From Podarcis gaigeae (Eukaryota): a DNA stretch of 64,000 nucleotides. The translations under genes and the position numbers were made by a program. The stretch is taken from assembly GCA_964106915.2 (NCBI GenBank), contig OZ066925.1. The stretch is one strand, 5' to 3'. Positions 23,499 to 35,502 of this stretch are shown here, one piece after another. How positions within the stretch are numbered: the stretch's first letter is position 1; every line of letters begins with the position of its first letter. The notes under the pieces were generated by a model. It did no database searches, was not told the DNA's origin, and worked only from the letters and a program-made list of their open reading frames with translations.

Positions 23499-26363
23499 GT
23501 GGGTGAGAGCGAGCGAGTTAAGCCGGGGGGTGTTGGTGGGTTAGGCTCGCTCAGCTGCGCGTAGGGCGTCTATCATCATTATTTTTACCAGCCTTCCCGG
23601 CTGCGAGGGGCGGCATTGCTTACGTCAACGTTTTCCTTTTTTAAAAAAGGGAAATTCTCTTATTCCGAATAGGATTCCTCCCAAGAAAAGGGGAAAGTTG
23701 ACAGCTATGCTTATGCCTCGCTTGCTCCTCCTTGGGTGCCCTTGCCCCGCGAGGAAGCGCTGGGGCGGGCGGGCGGGCGGGGAGAGCTCTTATTCTGTGT
23801 CGCTTTATGCGGATGAAGTCCTCTTTTTCTCTTTTGACGCCCCCCCCCCCCGCTTTCAGTTTTTTGTGCAACATCTGGTCGAATACGCAAAAGTTGCTGC
23901 TAGATCAGATTCATTCCCACCCCCCAGCTCCAAACCCAGATAACTGTCTCAATTAGAAGTGATTCCCAATTCAAGGTATTTGGGCTAAGAGCCCTAAAAT
24001 TTATTTATTTTTAAAAACGTCGAGTGTTAATGCTGGACACGTAACAAAACTTTACTCTGTGTTGAGTATATTTTACATCATAGGTTCGATGTTCGTGTAT
24101 TGGAGATAATTTAAGATTAGTTATTCCTTGGCAATCCTGAACTAAGTTCTCTTTCGTTTAGTCAAGAGTGGTTAAAAGTGGAGTAGTGATTTTTTAATTC
24201 TATGCTAATTACTGACTGTGCTGGACTTGGGAGTAGAAGTTACTCTGTATTAACTGGACCCATGCATTCAAACAGCCTTTAGTTATGGATTTGGGTGTTA
24301 TGCTTTGGGGGGGGGGTGAATAATATCTCGTAGGTGTGCCTGATGAACCACTTAATCCACTGCATCAGCTTTTGCCAACCTGGTGCCCTCCAGATGTTCT
24401 GGCCTTTGACTCCCATCAGCCCTGGCATGGCAGCTGAGCCTGGTGGGAGTTGTAGATCCAAAACATTTGAAGGACTTCAGGTCTAGTGCAGGTTGCATTA
24501 CACGTGCCTGAGGTTTGCACTGAAAAAAATGTGAATGAGACAAATGTGTATCATAGTAGCATACATTCATTGCTGCTTTGATTGACTGCAGCTGTCAAGT
24601 ACATATATCATGGCAAACATGGATTTGATGTATGAGATGACCCAGTTAGAACATGCCCATTGTGTTGTAGAAAGAGTCAGAGTAATGTGGGTCCGAATGG
24701 TTTATAACTTGAAACTATTCATATTGTGTGTAGCCTGGCTGGACCTTTCAGAGGCACCCTCCTCTCCTAATATGAGAAGGAATGAGTCACAAACGTAAGC
24801 TAATCATCCCCCCAAAAAGAAGGTAACAAAGTGTGCAATGAATGAGCAGCAGTATTTGGAAATTATTTTGAGGGGTAACCTCTTTTGTGGTGGCGCGGGG
24901 GGGGGGCTCCTTCATATCCACTGTTAATATTGTTATAGCAAAAGGAACCTCTCTATTTTATTAGGTGCTGTTCTGTAATTAAAAACCAAAGTGGGACATG
25001 CAATGCCACTTAATTACATAGTTTCTGCTGGTGGAGTATAAATAAGTGGGAGCTTAGTTTTCCAGATGGCTTAGCTGTAAGGGAGGCTGTTGTTGGGATT
25101 GTGAATTAGCCGAACTGTCAGGTTCTGGTCCAATTTACGGATGCAAAGTTATTTCCTTTTCCTTTAAATCTTTGCTTAATACTGTTATGAATCTACAGTG
25201 CTGCTGGCTTGCTGACTCACAAAGGACTTGCAGGCTGACACACCATTGCGAGAGCCACACATATTTTAATTTCTGTTCTTGCATTTCCCAGCCAGATTGC
25301 CAATTGGAAGTGACATAGGAATAGAAAAAACGATGCCCTGTCTTCTAAACTATTCCATTCGTTTCTGTTATCTTAAATCTTGTGACCACTGTTTTACTTC
25401 ACTCAGCCCCGCCTGCCACAGAGTTCTTAGTCATTTTTTCGGTATTTCTTGCTTTGTCCTGAATATCCTTTGTAGAGTACAGAGTGTGATAGTGTGCACA
25501 AAGGGAGGGGGTTAAGGCTCTATGCTTGTGCAAGACACTTTACAGCCCTGTCTTGAACAATTCCAAGAACTCTCCCTAAGTGGGTGAAGTCCCATTAATT
25601 CTCAAAGTGTGTACTGTATAGGATCGCAGCACAAACCCTCAAATTCTGAGCACATTTTTCTGAGAAAATTCCCCTGGACTCAGTGGGTGCTTGCTTCCAA
25701 GTCAGCTTAGGAGATGGGAGCCTCAGGCCTTAGGGAGCACCCTGTCTACAGCCATACACTCCTTAGCGGTCCTGCATTGTTCCCTTCTTGAGTGCTTTTG
25801 CCAGGGTGCAATGTGAAGCTGATAATGCCTCTTGCTTCCCTGGATGTGGACGACAGAGACAACTGTGTGTGTGTGTGTGTGTGTCTGTAAAAACCAGCCT
25901 GCTAGAATTTTCATTCATTGCCTCTGACCACTACTGCCCCATTGGCTGCCTAGAAAGGAATGCAGCCTGCAGGGCTCCCCACCTCTGTTCAGAACCCGCC
26001 GTCCTCATTACTTATGGCTTTACTTTATTGTTAAAAAAACAAGCTGGATAACTTAACAGGGTGATCATCTGAGAAAGTTTGCTCTGAAAGGGAGACACTC
26101 CCACTTCAGTGTGCTGTCAGCCTGATAGGGAAGCATCTGGGATCATTCAGCAGTGTCAGAAATGAAATGTAATAAATGAGGAAGGGCTGTAGGCAGGAGT
26201 GGATTTAGGGCTGTGCAAGTGGTGTGCATGCACTGGGCGCTCAGTCTGTGCACTGGGCTTTGGGAAGGAAGTGTGAGGCTCTGATAGGCTCTGGGAAAGA
26301 GGCAGGATGACTCTGGGACCCTATGTAGTGCTTTCCAAGCTTTGAGAAGGTGGTAGGAAGGTT

Positions 26364-26364
<1 letters not shown>

Positions 26365-26422
<58 letters not shown>

Positions 26423-26982
26423 TTATTATTTATACCCCGCCCATCTGGCTGGGCCTCCCCAGCCACTCTGGGCGGCTTCCATAAAAACCAAAAATACAAT
26501 AAAATATCACACATTAAAAACTTCCCTGAACAGGGCTGCCTTAAGATGTCTTCTGAATGTCAGGTAGTTGTTTATCGCTTTGACATCTGCTGGAAGGGCG
26601 TTCCACAGGGTGGGCACCACTACCGAGAAGGCCCTCTGCCTGGTTCCCTGTAGCTTTGCTTCTTGCAATGAGGGAACCGCCAAAAGGCCCTCGGTGCTGG
26701 ACTTCAGCGTCCGGGCAGAATGATGGGGGTGGAGACGCTCCTTCAGGTATACTGGACCGAGGCCGTTTAGGGCTTTAAAGGTCAGCACTAACACTTTGAA
26801 TTGTTCTCGGAAACATACTGGGAGCCAATGTAGGTCTTTCAAGACGGTGTTATATGGTCTCGGCGGCCGCTCCCAGTCACCAGTCTAGCTGCCGCATTCT
26901 GGATTAGTTGTAGTTTCCGAGTCACCTTCAAAGGTAGCCCCACGTAGAGTGCATTGCAGTAGTCCAAGCGGGAGATAACCAG
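26365..26982 (-). mobile_element. L2 LINE 3' fragment with microsatellite tail
   Basis: ORF 26507-26842: LHWLPV..R..FKVLVLTFKALNGLGP.YL...RAFSV..P.LWNALP is an L2-type C-terminus. (AAT)n at 26366-26422. Confidence 0.92.
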
Positions 26983-27034
26983 AGGTAAAGGGACCCCTGA
27001 CCATTAGGTCCAGTCGTGACCAACTCTGGGGTTG
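26983..27034 (-). mobile_element. Sauria SINE 3' terminal fragment fused to the L2 copy
   Basis: ggtaaagggacccctgaccattaggtccagtcgtgaccaactctggggttg matches the tails of other SINE copies. Confidence 0.9.
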
Positions 27035-28401
27035 TTTTAGGACCTTCCCAAAATCAGAGAGGTCTAGAGGAAATGGAAACTGGTGTTTTAGTTGTTGTTT
27101 TTGATGCACTTTTAAAAAATAAGTTGGGGTAAACAAACAGGAAGGGTGTTTCTTGGTTTCAGGTGAGATGACGACTGATAGCTTTTGAGAAATCCCAGTC
27201 TATCATTTTCTACATGCTCCTCCTACTTATATTTATATTAAAGTATTTACTTGCTGCCCACATCCATATTTCTGATGTCACTAAATAGTTCTGGGGTTTG
27301 GGGTTTTGTTTTGTTTTTTTGGCCGCCCGCCTTCTTGCCTGAAATGAAACCCTAGTTACAGCTTCTTTATGCATAGGCTAACATTTTCCTGTAAAATTGT
27401 TTCCACTTTGCTCTATTGGCAAATGCTGAACTTAAAAAAAGTATGTCTTGACAGTATAAATGGTTTGCTAGTCATTGCAAGCAGCAGTGACTTAGAAAAG
27501 GGGTGTAAAAGGATGTCTAATAGAAATATGCAATAAGCTTCTGTTGGGATTACTTGGTGTTTATGTAATTCCTTCGAATTAAGGAAAAATATAAGCCATA
27601 TTACCTGACAACTCTAAATGCTTCAAATATTACCTTGTTTGGAATGGCACAAGGACTTGAGACCCCTTTGATGAAGCTACAAAGTTAGATTAGCCACAGC
27701 AAGGAAGGATTTATTATTATTTTTTGGTAGAGGGTGAATAATGCAGTTTGAGATAACAAACATGTAATGTACAAAACTTCATCTGAGGCTTTTTGCAGAT
27801 CTGGCACAAAACATATAATTTGGATCCTGTTTTTCTCTCTGTGTGTTTGGCAAGTTAGCTTTCACACATTCCCAATATCCCTTGCTGTTCTGCGGCTTGC
27901 TATCCACACTCTGGGGAGACCTTGAAAAGATTGTGTCTAGGCTGCATTTTTCTGTTTCTCCCCAATCACTTCTCCCTCCTCCGGTGATGTCCATTCAGAA
28001 TGGCAAGGCAGGAGGGCCAACAGAGCAAAGCCAAGCCCAGTGACAGGCAGAGTTAACTCTTTCTGATTTTGCTTCTGTCCTCTTCTCCAAAGGCAACACA
28101 GGGGCTAGGGAAGAGGTAGCTGGCAGCCAGTTTAGCCACCTGAACTGGTTGTTAGTAAGAAGGCAGGAAAGGGGGGTGGGGTGGTTGAGACTTGTGGGGC
28201 AATGCTCTTTTTGCTCTAATGGACTGGACACCACTGTCTCTGTCCAGCTCTGCCTTTTTCCCATTCTGGACATGTGTTCAAATATAACTTCTCCAAACTG
28301 GGCACGAGGCAGTCAGTGGTATTGCATTTATTTGGTTCGGTGCTACCCAGAAACAAGTTGTTCAGGGTTGTGCTTGCGTGAGGAGATAGCGGAGATAGTT
28401 T

Positions 28402-28645
28402 GGTCCCTGCTCCTGCCAACCTAGCAGTTCGAAAGAAACTCAAAGTGCAAGTAGATAAATTGGTACCACTCCAGCGGGAAGGTAAACAGCGTTTCTGTGT
28501 GCTGCTCTGATTCGCCAGAAGCGGCTTAGTCATGCTGGTCACATGTACACCGGCTCCCTCAGCCAGTAAAGTGAGATGAGCGCCGCAACCCCAGAGTCGG
28601 TCACGACTGGACCTAATGGTCAGGGGTCCCTTTACCTTTACTTTT
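28402..28645 (+). mobile_element. 5'-truncated Sauria SINE
   Basis: Body and (ACCTTT)n tail match full-length copies; head absent. Confidence 0.92.
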
Positions 28646-29180
28646 AACCCACTGGAATGGTAGACTGTTGACCCCACAAAATGTGCTCATGTCTGCAGGA
28701 TTGACTGGATATGTACAATGGCTATATTTACTTATCAGATTTTCCACGGTAAGAGGAAATCCCGATTAGGCCCATATGTGGATATGAGCAATGCTAGTTT
28801 CAGGATAAACTCCTGCCAAGATTCCAATATCTTGTGTTAGAATCCCTTATTTGTAGCAGTTCCTTAATTCTGAAGGGGACGGGTTTGAGGCTATTTCTTG
28901 AATGTATTTGGTGCACCTATCCAGATGGATGATTTGGTTACACCTGTCCTTAAATTTGTTTTAGGTGCTTTATTGCTAAGCATCTGAGAACCAGAAACCC
29001 TTGTGGATCTACTGCAAATCATCTAGCAATCTGCTAGTAGGTTCTGATCTACCTTCTGCTCACCCCTTTCTGCAGTTCTTAATCACTTGATTGCATGAGT
29101 GCACTGGAAATAAAAGTAGGCTGTGACTCTTAAGTTGTGACCACTGCATTGTGTTTAGGAGTGAGGTGCATTCATTAATT

Positions 29181-29460
29181 ATAAGAAGTTGAGAAGAGCA
29201 CAGACCTTGTAGGCCAGTGCTGTATCCTGTTTCCCACATTGGCCCAGCCAGAGATCCCCAAGAAGCCACAGGCAAGACCTAAAGGCAATCGCCCTCTCGG
29301 GCTGTAGTTGGTATTTATTGCCTTTAATCCTGGAAATCCCATTTATCTGTCATGGCTAATAGCCATAGATAGGCCTGTTCTGCCTTTCTAAAGCCAGTGA
29401 CCGATGGCTATTGCCCTATCTTGTTCCAGTGACTTCCATAAATGAATTGTGCATTGCGCC
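29181..29460 (-). mobile_element. Old CR1 3' end (related + strand copy ~39890-40120)
   Basis: Degenerate CR1 3' UTR-like motifs (ataagaag...catggctaatagccatagatagg...ttccataaatgaattgtgcattg). Confidence 0.55.
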
Positions 29461-31821
29461 TGTCTGTCACCTGAATATTATTCCTGATTCAGTTTCGTTG
29501 GTGGCTAGCCTACAGTTCCAATATTACTGGATAATGAAAGAAAAAAAATCTTTAAAAAAGCAACACTATTCCCTCCCTCCCTAGTTATCTTTTTTTCTCA
29601 AGTAGAGATAGGCAGCCTGTGGCTTTTGAGGCATAAGTGGCCTTGGGGGTAATTTCTTGCATTCCTTTGCTTAGTTTGCAAAGGTGGAAAATACATTGTT
29701 AGCAGGGAGGATATAAAAATGGGATTAGGAATGGGAGACAAAGGCAGAAAAATGCAGAGAGAACAAAACTCACTTTTGACTCTGGTTCTTACCCTCTACT
29801 AGTATGATCCCTCCATATTCTGAGGAAATGCAGCTCATGAAAGGTTGCCCCAGGCACACTATAGACGCCAATGCTGCACTCCTAATTCCTGGGAGTAAGG
29901 TTAGGATCCCACTGTAAAGGCACCCAACCACATCGCTGGTTGTTTTCAGAAGTGACTCTTCTGAAAGCTTGAACATCACTTTCTTGGGCTCCTAACAAAA
30001 CCCATGGGAGCTGTTTTAAGAGCATTCTGAGTAACTGCCCTACGTAAATTCTAAACATTTCAGAGACCAAATAGAATTAATTGCAGACTTCACATTCTGC
30101 TTGCACTGGGAAATTTAAGCATTTTAGGATTTGATCCAACTTTTGTGCCAGTTTGTGTCACAATCTATTTAAATATAAGCCTGTCTTCAAGGAATTCGGA
30201 GCAGCTTGCGCATAGTTCTCAGGTACGTAGTTTCCACCCAGCAATTTACAAGGCTAAACCTGCTTGGTTTCGTTAGCAGAATTGCATCACATGTTATTGG
30301 ACTGGAACACTTTGCTAAGTTTGCAGGGAGGTCACATTTTAAGGATGATGATATTTGGCATGGTCTTGCCTGGGGTTTGAGGGCCGATGTTCAAAATCAC
30401 CCAGTGATTAAAAATGCCACTTCACCGGGTGGATAGTGAACACATGGTAGGTAGTGTGATTGCCCTTTCTGCATGGTTGCGCTAGGATGGAAATGTGTGG
30501 TCGTGCTTAGTAGCATTAATGCAGAAGGATAGACAGCTGCTAGAGATAGACAACAGAAGATCTGTTATCCCCTTATGAACTTGCTAATATTTTTTAGATC
30601 TTCTTCAGAGGCCCTGGTCTGGCTGCTGCCTCCTTCAGAGTTTAGGTGGGTGGCAATTGGGTGCAGGGCCTCTTCTGTGGTAGCTGTGTCTCTCCAGAGG
30701 TGTCTGCCTGGGGCTTGCTCCTCTGCATTTTAGGAGCTGGTTGAAGCCCATCTAACTGCATTGCTGTTGCTGCTGTTTTTTGATGCAGCTTTTTGGTTTT
30801 GTTTACTTCTCTTAAGACTGCGAGTTGTCCTGGGTGCATATGTGGAGAGGCAACATGTAAATGTTTTGAATAAATGCACCCTAAAGGCTTAAGTGTGTAC
30901 ATAAAAATATTTGTGTTTAAGGAACTCTTTATCTTTTGTTATGTGTGTGTGTTAAAGATCATGTATTTTGGTAGGAAGCTGGGGTGAGGGGTGAGCCAAG
31001 AGTGCAGAAGTTAGTTTAAAACTCAAGAATTTGGCTAGAAGTTTAATCAGCAAGGTGGTAACAGCTATCTTGTAAAAGCTGAGCATTTTTCTTTTGTATG
31101 CTAGTAACTTTGTTTGCTACCATCTAATTCAGCTGCTGGAAGTTAGATGCTGAGCTACAGCTGTTCTCAATTTCTCTCCTGTTTCACTCCCGTTGTCTGG
31201 GTGTTTAAACATAATGTGATTTTCTCACTCCTTGGTGATAAGAGTCTCTAAGCTGCCTTTCTGTGGAAAAAGCTATAACGTATAGCTTGAACTGCAGAAA
31301 AAAGATGCATTTTGATGATTTTATTGTTAAACTGTGAGCAGAATTGTCCATTTGGTCTAATGTTTTAGCTACCTAGCTGCAAGGGCTAGTTATCATACTA
31401 CTACTACTACTAAAATTTGTCAATGTTAAGTTTGTAAATAGTCAGATGCCTTTTTAGCTATACTTTTGACATTTTTTTTACTAGAAAATTAAAAGTTAGG
31501 GTGGGCCATCCTTTACCTGCTGAGATGGAAGGAGCAAAGCAATGCAATGTGGTCATGCATGCATGACCCCCCCCCCCTGTTGCACCTCATACCTGGGACT
31601 TGGAAATGAATCCTCCATATGTAGTCATCTTCTGTGGAATGTTCCTTCAGCCACAACATAATCTAGGGATCTTCATCTGACAGCAGATGCATCTGGTGGC
31701 TTTCCATTTACAGGGCACTACCACAGAAAAGGCACTGCCTCTGGTCGCCTGAAGTCCAACATTCTATAATGCCTCAAAGTCCTTGTCCCTGATATAAGTT
31801 AATGGATATATTCATATAGAT

Positions 31822-31957
31822 CAGGCATGGCCAAACTTGGCCCTCTAGCTGTTTTGGGACTACAATTCCCATCGTCCCTGACCACTGGTCCTGTTAGCTA
31901 GGGATGATGGGAGCTGTAGTCCCCAAACAGCTGGAGGACCAAGTTTGGCCATGCCTG
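31822..31957. mobile_element. 136-bp palindromic hAT MITE
   Basis: Perfect 19-bp TIRs CAGGCATGGCCAAACTTGG / CCAAGTTTGGCCATGCCTG; same family as 59304. Degenerate relatives at ~3740, 4015, 9680, 24360, 33050, 39750 and 60350. Confidence 0.9.
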
Positions 31958-32833
31958 AAGACGAAGGCAGGCTTTCACCTATCCATTAGGCAGCTACCCA
32001 TTCTTCTTCCCTGTTATTAATTTTGAACCATTTATGAGTGGGCCATAAATATGGGTTTAGCTTAGACTTCACCATCTTGGTGTCCTCCACATGTTTTGGG
32101 CTTCAGCTCTCATCAGCCCTAGGCCATCTCCTCTGCATTTTAGTTGCCCAATTCCATGTGGATAGAAAGAGATGGAGATAAGTTATGGGGAAGTGTGGCA
32201 ATACATTAAGCAAGGTATGTTATTGTGTAATTGTTGATTTCGTACAGATGGAATACATTATAAGTAAACAGTGGCTGGCAAGGTGTTCACAATAGGCTTA
32301 TTGAACAATCAACTTCTGGCATTTCACTTGCAAGCTCCCGTAGGTGTGCTTAAATGAAAGCAGAAACGTGCAGATTCAAGTCCTGCTGAGCTAGAGGAGA
32401 CAACTGAATGTTGTATTATAACTTATTAAAGGATTTTTTTTATGCTTGCTATGCAGTTCTACTAACCTATGAACATTTTGATTTTTTGAGTAAAGTGTTA
32501 TGCAAGTAAATACTCAATAAATACAAAAGGGGCAGGCAGTTCTTTTTTGTCAAGGGCTCCATTCCTTTGGAGGTAATCTGTTGTGAGGTACAAACAGGCA
32601 GTGGCAGGGGCTGGAGACAAAAGTGGGCAGAACCTTCTCTTTCTTTCTGTCCTTCTTTCTTCTGTTTCCTATTATTCCTTGCTCCCTATATGAAACAGGG
32701 CTTGTAGATCAGAGGTTGCCTACTTGTGAAATGCAGATAAATATTTCCTCTAATTTCGCCCCTTCCCTGGCTCTTTGCTACTGATTGAAATACAGTGCAG
32801 ATAACCAGTTTTCTTTTTTTTTCTTTTTTGTAG

Positions 32834-32865
32834 CCTTGAAGAAAGATGACAACGGCTTTGATGAG
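32834..32865 (+). CDS. CDK14: CDK14 second coding exon (32 nt), (A)LKKDDNGFDE
   Basis: Long T tract + tAG acceptor and GAG|GTAGGT donor. Continues exon 1 in frame; matches recalled human ALKKDDTTFDE. Confidence 0.95.
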
Positions 32866-34430
32866 GTAGGTGAAATATTTCAGGCTGTTCTATTTTACTA
32901 CTAAAAGTTGTAGTCATTTACTTCACTATCTTTCATTTCCCTTCTCTTCAGATGTAGTTTTTGACAAAAGACACTGAGATGAGTACTGGATTCCATACAG
33001 GATGGAGCTTATGTTTATATATTTTGCCTTCAAATGAGAAAAGCCTAGTCCAGCCTTTGCCAACCTGCATGGCCTCCAGGCATGTTGGATTGCTGCTCAC
33101 ATCAACTGCAGCCAGCTGATGAGAGCTTCAGTCCAAAGTACCTGTACCTAGGGCTTACCTGTTTGGCCAAGGTTGGCCTAGTGGTTCTTGTTGAAAATTA
33201 ACATGAGAGAGATGCATATATATATATATATATATATCCATCCATCCATCTCCAATTTCTCCATGTTTATTTATTTACAACATTTTCATGCTACCTATCA
33301 ACGAAGTCCTCAAGTGGTTTACAGAAGTTATGAACTGCTAAAATACAGAACCGCAATCAAATAACATCAGGACAAATGTAATTTATATTCCAAACCTTGC
33401 TATTCCACTGCTAAACTTCCCGAGGAGAGATCTTTCGGAGTTTACCTCACTTGCCAGTACAAGTTTGGATCACCAAAAGATAGTTGCATATGAGTAGAGT
33501 GCCCCAAGTATTACCTTTCGATGCATTTGTTTGGATCATCTGTTCATATGCATGGTCTTGTATCCTCCTTTTATGAAAACAAGCAGGGATTCTTAATTTA
33601 CAAATCTATATGTTTTGCTGTGAGTTCCATTTTTGTTACATTTACATCCTGCCTTTCCTCTGAGGCAACACACATGGTTCCTCCCCCTCCATTTTATACT
33701 CACAACAACCCTGTGAGGCAGAGAGGAGAGAGAGAGAGAGAGAGAGAGAGACTGGCACAAGACCAACCTGTGACCTTTGTAGCCAGGTAGGGATTTGAAC
33801 CCAGATCTTTCCAGCTATAGCCAAACTCTCTAACCCCACTAAAGAGAGAGAATACTATTAACGGGGAAAGACTTATGTGGTGAACCGCCCTGAGATCTAC
33901 GGGTTTAGAGTGGTATACCAATTTAATAATTTATTTATTTTTAAAATGCCAACACATACCTCTGGTGTTTAAAAGCTTACACAGCTGCCCATATATGACC
34001 TGGCCAGGCTCAATATTCATTTACAAGGCCCTTAATAACATAGGTCCAGTCTTGGATGCATAAATCGTAACAACTAGAAGCCATGCATAAAATGCTGTGA
34101 GCCCAAGACTCTGCGACTCCCTCTCAACTGAGATCAGACAGGGGCAGTTCTTGATGAACTTGAGGTGCCATGACACAGGCTTTAAAAAATATATTATTCC
34201 AGCAGGCATAGTACGGTTGCATTCATGTGTGTGTTTTTTATGATTATTTTGCTGTTTTATACTGTACGGTTTGCTTTATGTACCCTGTTTAGAAATGCTA
34301 ACTATTAAGTGGTATATGAATGCCCTAATTACTTAATTAAATAGAAAACCAAAAGTCCAGTCGAAAAGGAACAGATGAAACTTGTGCTGGTTGGCAAGGA
34401 GAACTTTCAGTTGACTGGTACTGTTGGTTT

Positions 34431-34788
34431 GGTAAAGGTAAAGGTACCCCTGACCATTAGGTCTAGTCACGGACGACTCTGGGGTTGCGCACTCAACTCA
34501 CTCTATAGGCCGAGGGAACCAGCATTTGTCGGCAGACAGCTTCCGGGTCATGTGGCCAGCATGACTAAGCCGCTTCTGGCGAACCAGAGCAGTGCACGGA
34601 AACTCCGTTTACCTTCCTGCCAGAGCAGTACCTATTTATCTACTTGCACTTGATATGCTTTCGAACTGCTAGGTAGGCAGGAGCTGGTACCGAACAATGG
34701 GAGATCACCCCGTTGTAGGGATTCGAACTGTCGACCTTCTGATCGGCAAACCCTAGGCTCTGTGGTTTAGACCACAGCGCCACCCGCG
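34431..34788 (-). mobile_element. Sauria SINE
   Basis: Reverse complement of the SINE, ggtaaaggtaaagg...cacagcgccacccgcg. Confidence 0.95.
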
Positions 34789-35257
34789 AATGCCTCTATT
34801 TTTCAGTTGATATTTCTTCTCCAGAAGAAAATGCACAGCAAGAATCAATATGGTGAATCTGAAAACTTGACCTCCTCAAAAATCTGGTCCTACAGGGTGT
34901 TGAACCCTTTCACTTTTCCTAATGCTGTTCCTGATGAAATGGTTGGTGACCAGTGGATAATGGGTCCCAAGACTAGGTTTGCAGAACTGTAAGAATCGTT
35001 TTAGGCAAGGCAATCTTGACTGTCTGATTTAGGACTTTAAAATTTGAGCATCTGAGCTTTGAGAGTGATGGAAAGTGAAAGTATGTTGGCATGGGTGATG
35101 TGAATGTGAAATACAAAGAAATGGAATATGGTACTCTGGAAATGAAACTTACTCAAAGATTAGGAAGTCAGTGAGTCTCTTGCTCGCTGAGCTTGTGGGT
35201 CTGGACATGTAGCTTCCCAGAAAGCACCAGAAATGGTATCTGAGCACAAGCACTATA

Positions 35258-35502
35258 CAGTGGTACCTCGCAAGACGAATGCCTCGTAAGACGAAAAACT
35301 CACAAGACGAAAGAGTTTTTCGTTTTTTGAGTTTCTTCGCAAGACAAATTTCCCCATGGGCTTGCTTCGCAAGACGAAACGTCTTGCGAGTTTGTTTCCT
35401 TTTTCTTAAAACCGTTAATACCAGGGTGCATCCGTGCTTCGCAAGACGAAAAATCCGCAAGACGAAGAAACTCGCAGAACAAATTAGAAACTCGCAGAAC
35501 TG
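35258..35502. mobile_element. Tc1/mariner (Tigger-like) MITE with damaged right TIR
   Basis: TA-CAGTGGTACCTCG left end, repeated cgcaagacgaa motifs, ends ...ACTG-TA. Confidence 0.85.

Larger units (their letters stand above)
22340..23900 (+). promoter_or_regulatory. CpG island / promoter of CDK14
   Basis: Very high GC and CpG density against a CpG-poor background. CCAAT at 22759-22763, GC boxes at 22788-22797 and ~23106-23117; surrounds the first coding exon. Confidence 0.9.

Noticed and set aside
22787-23506. 239-aa ORF and overlapping GC-rich ORFs on both strands
   Set aside because: Only the part from ATG 23399 matches CDK14; the rest reflects stop-codon scarcity in a CpG island and has no ATG start.
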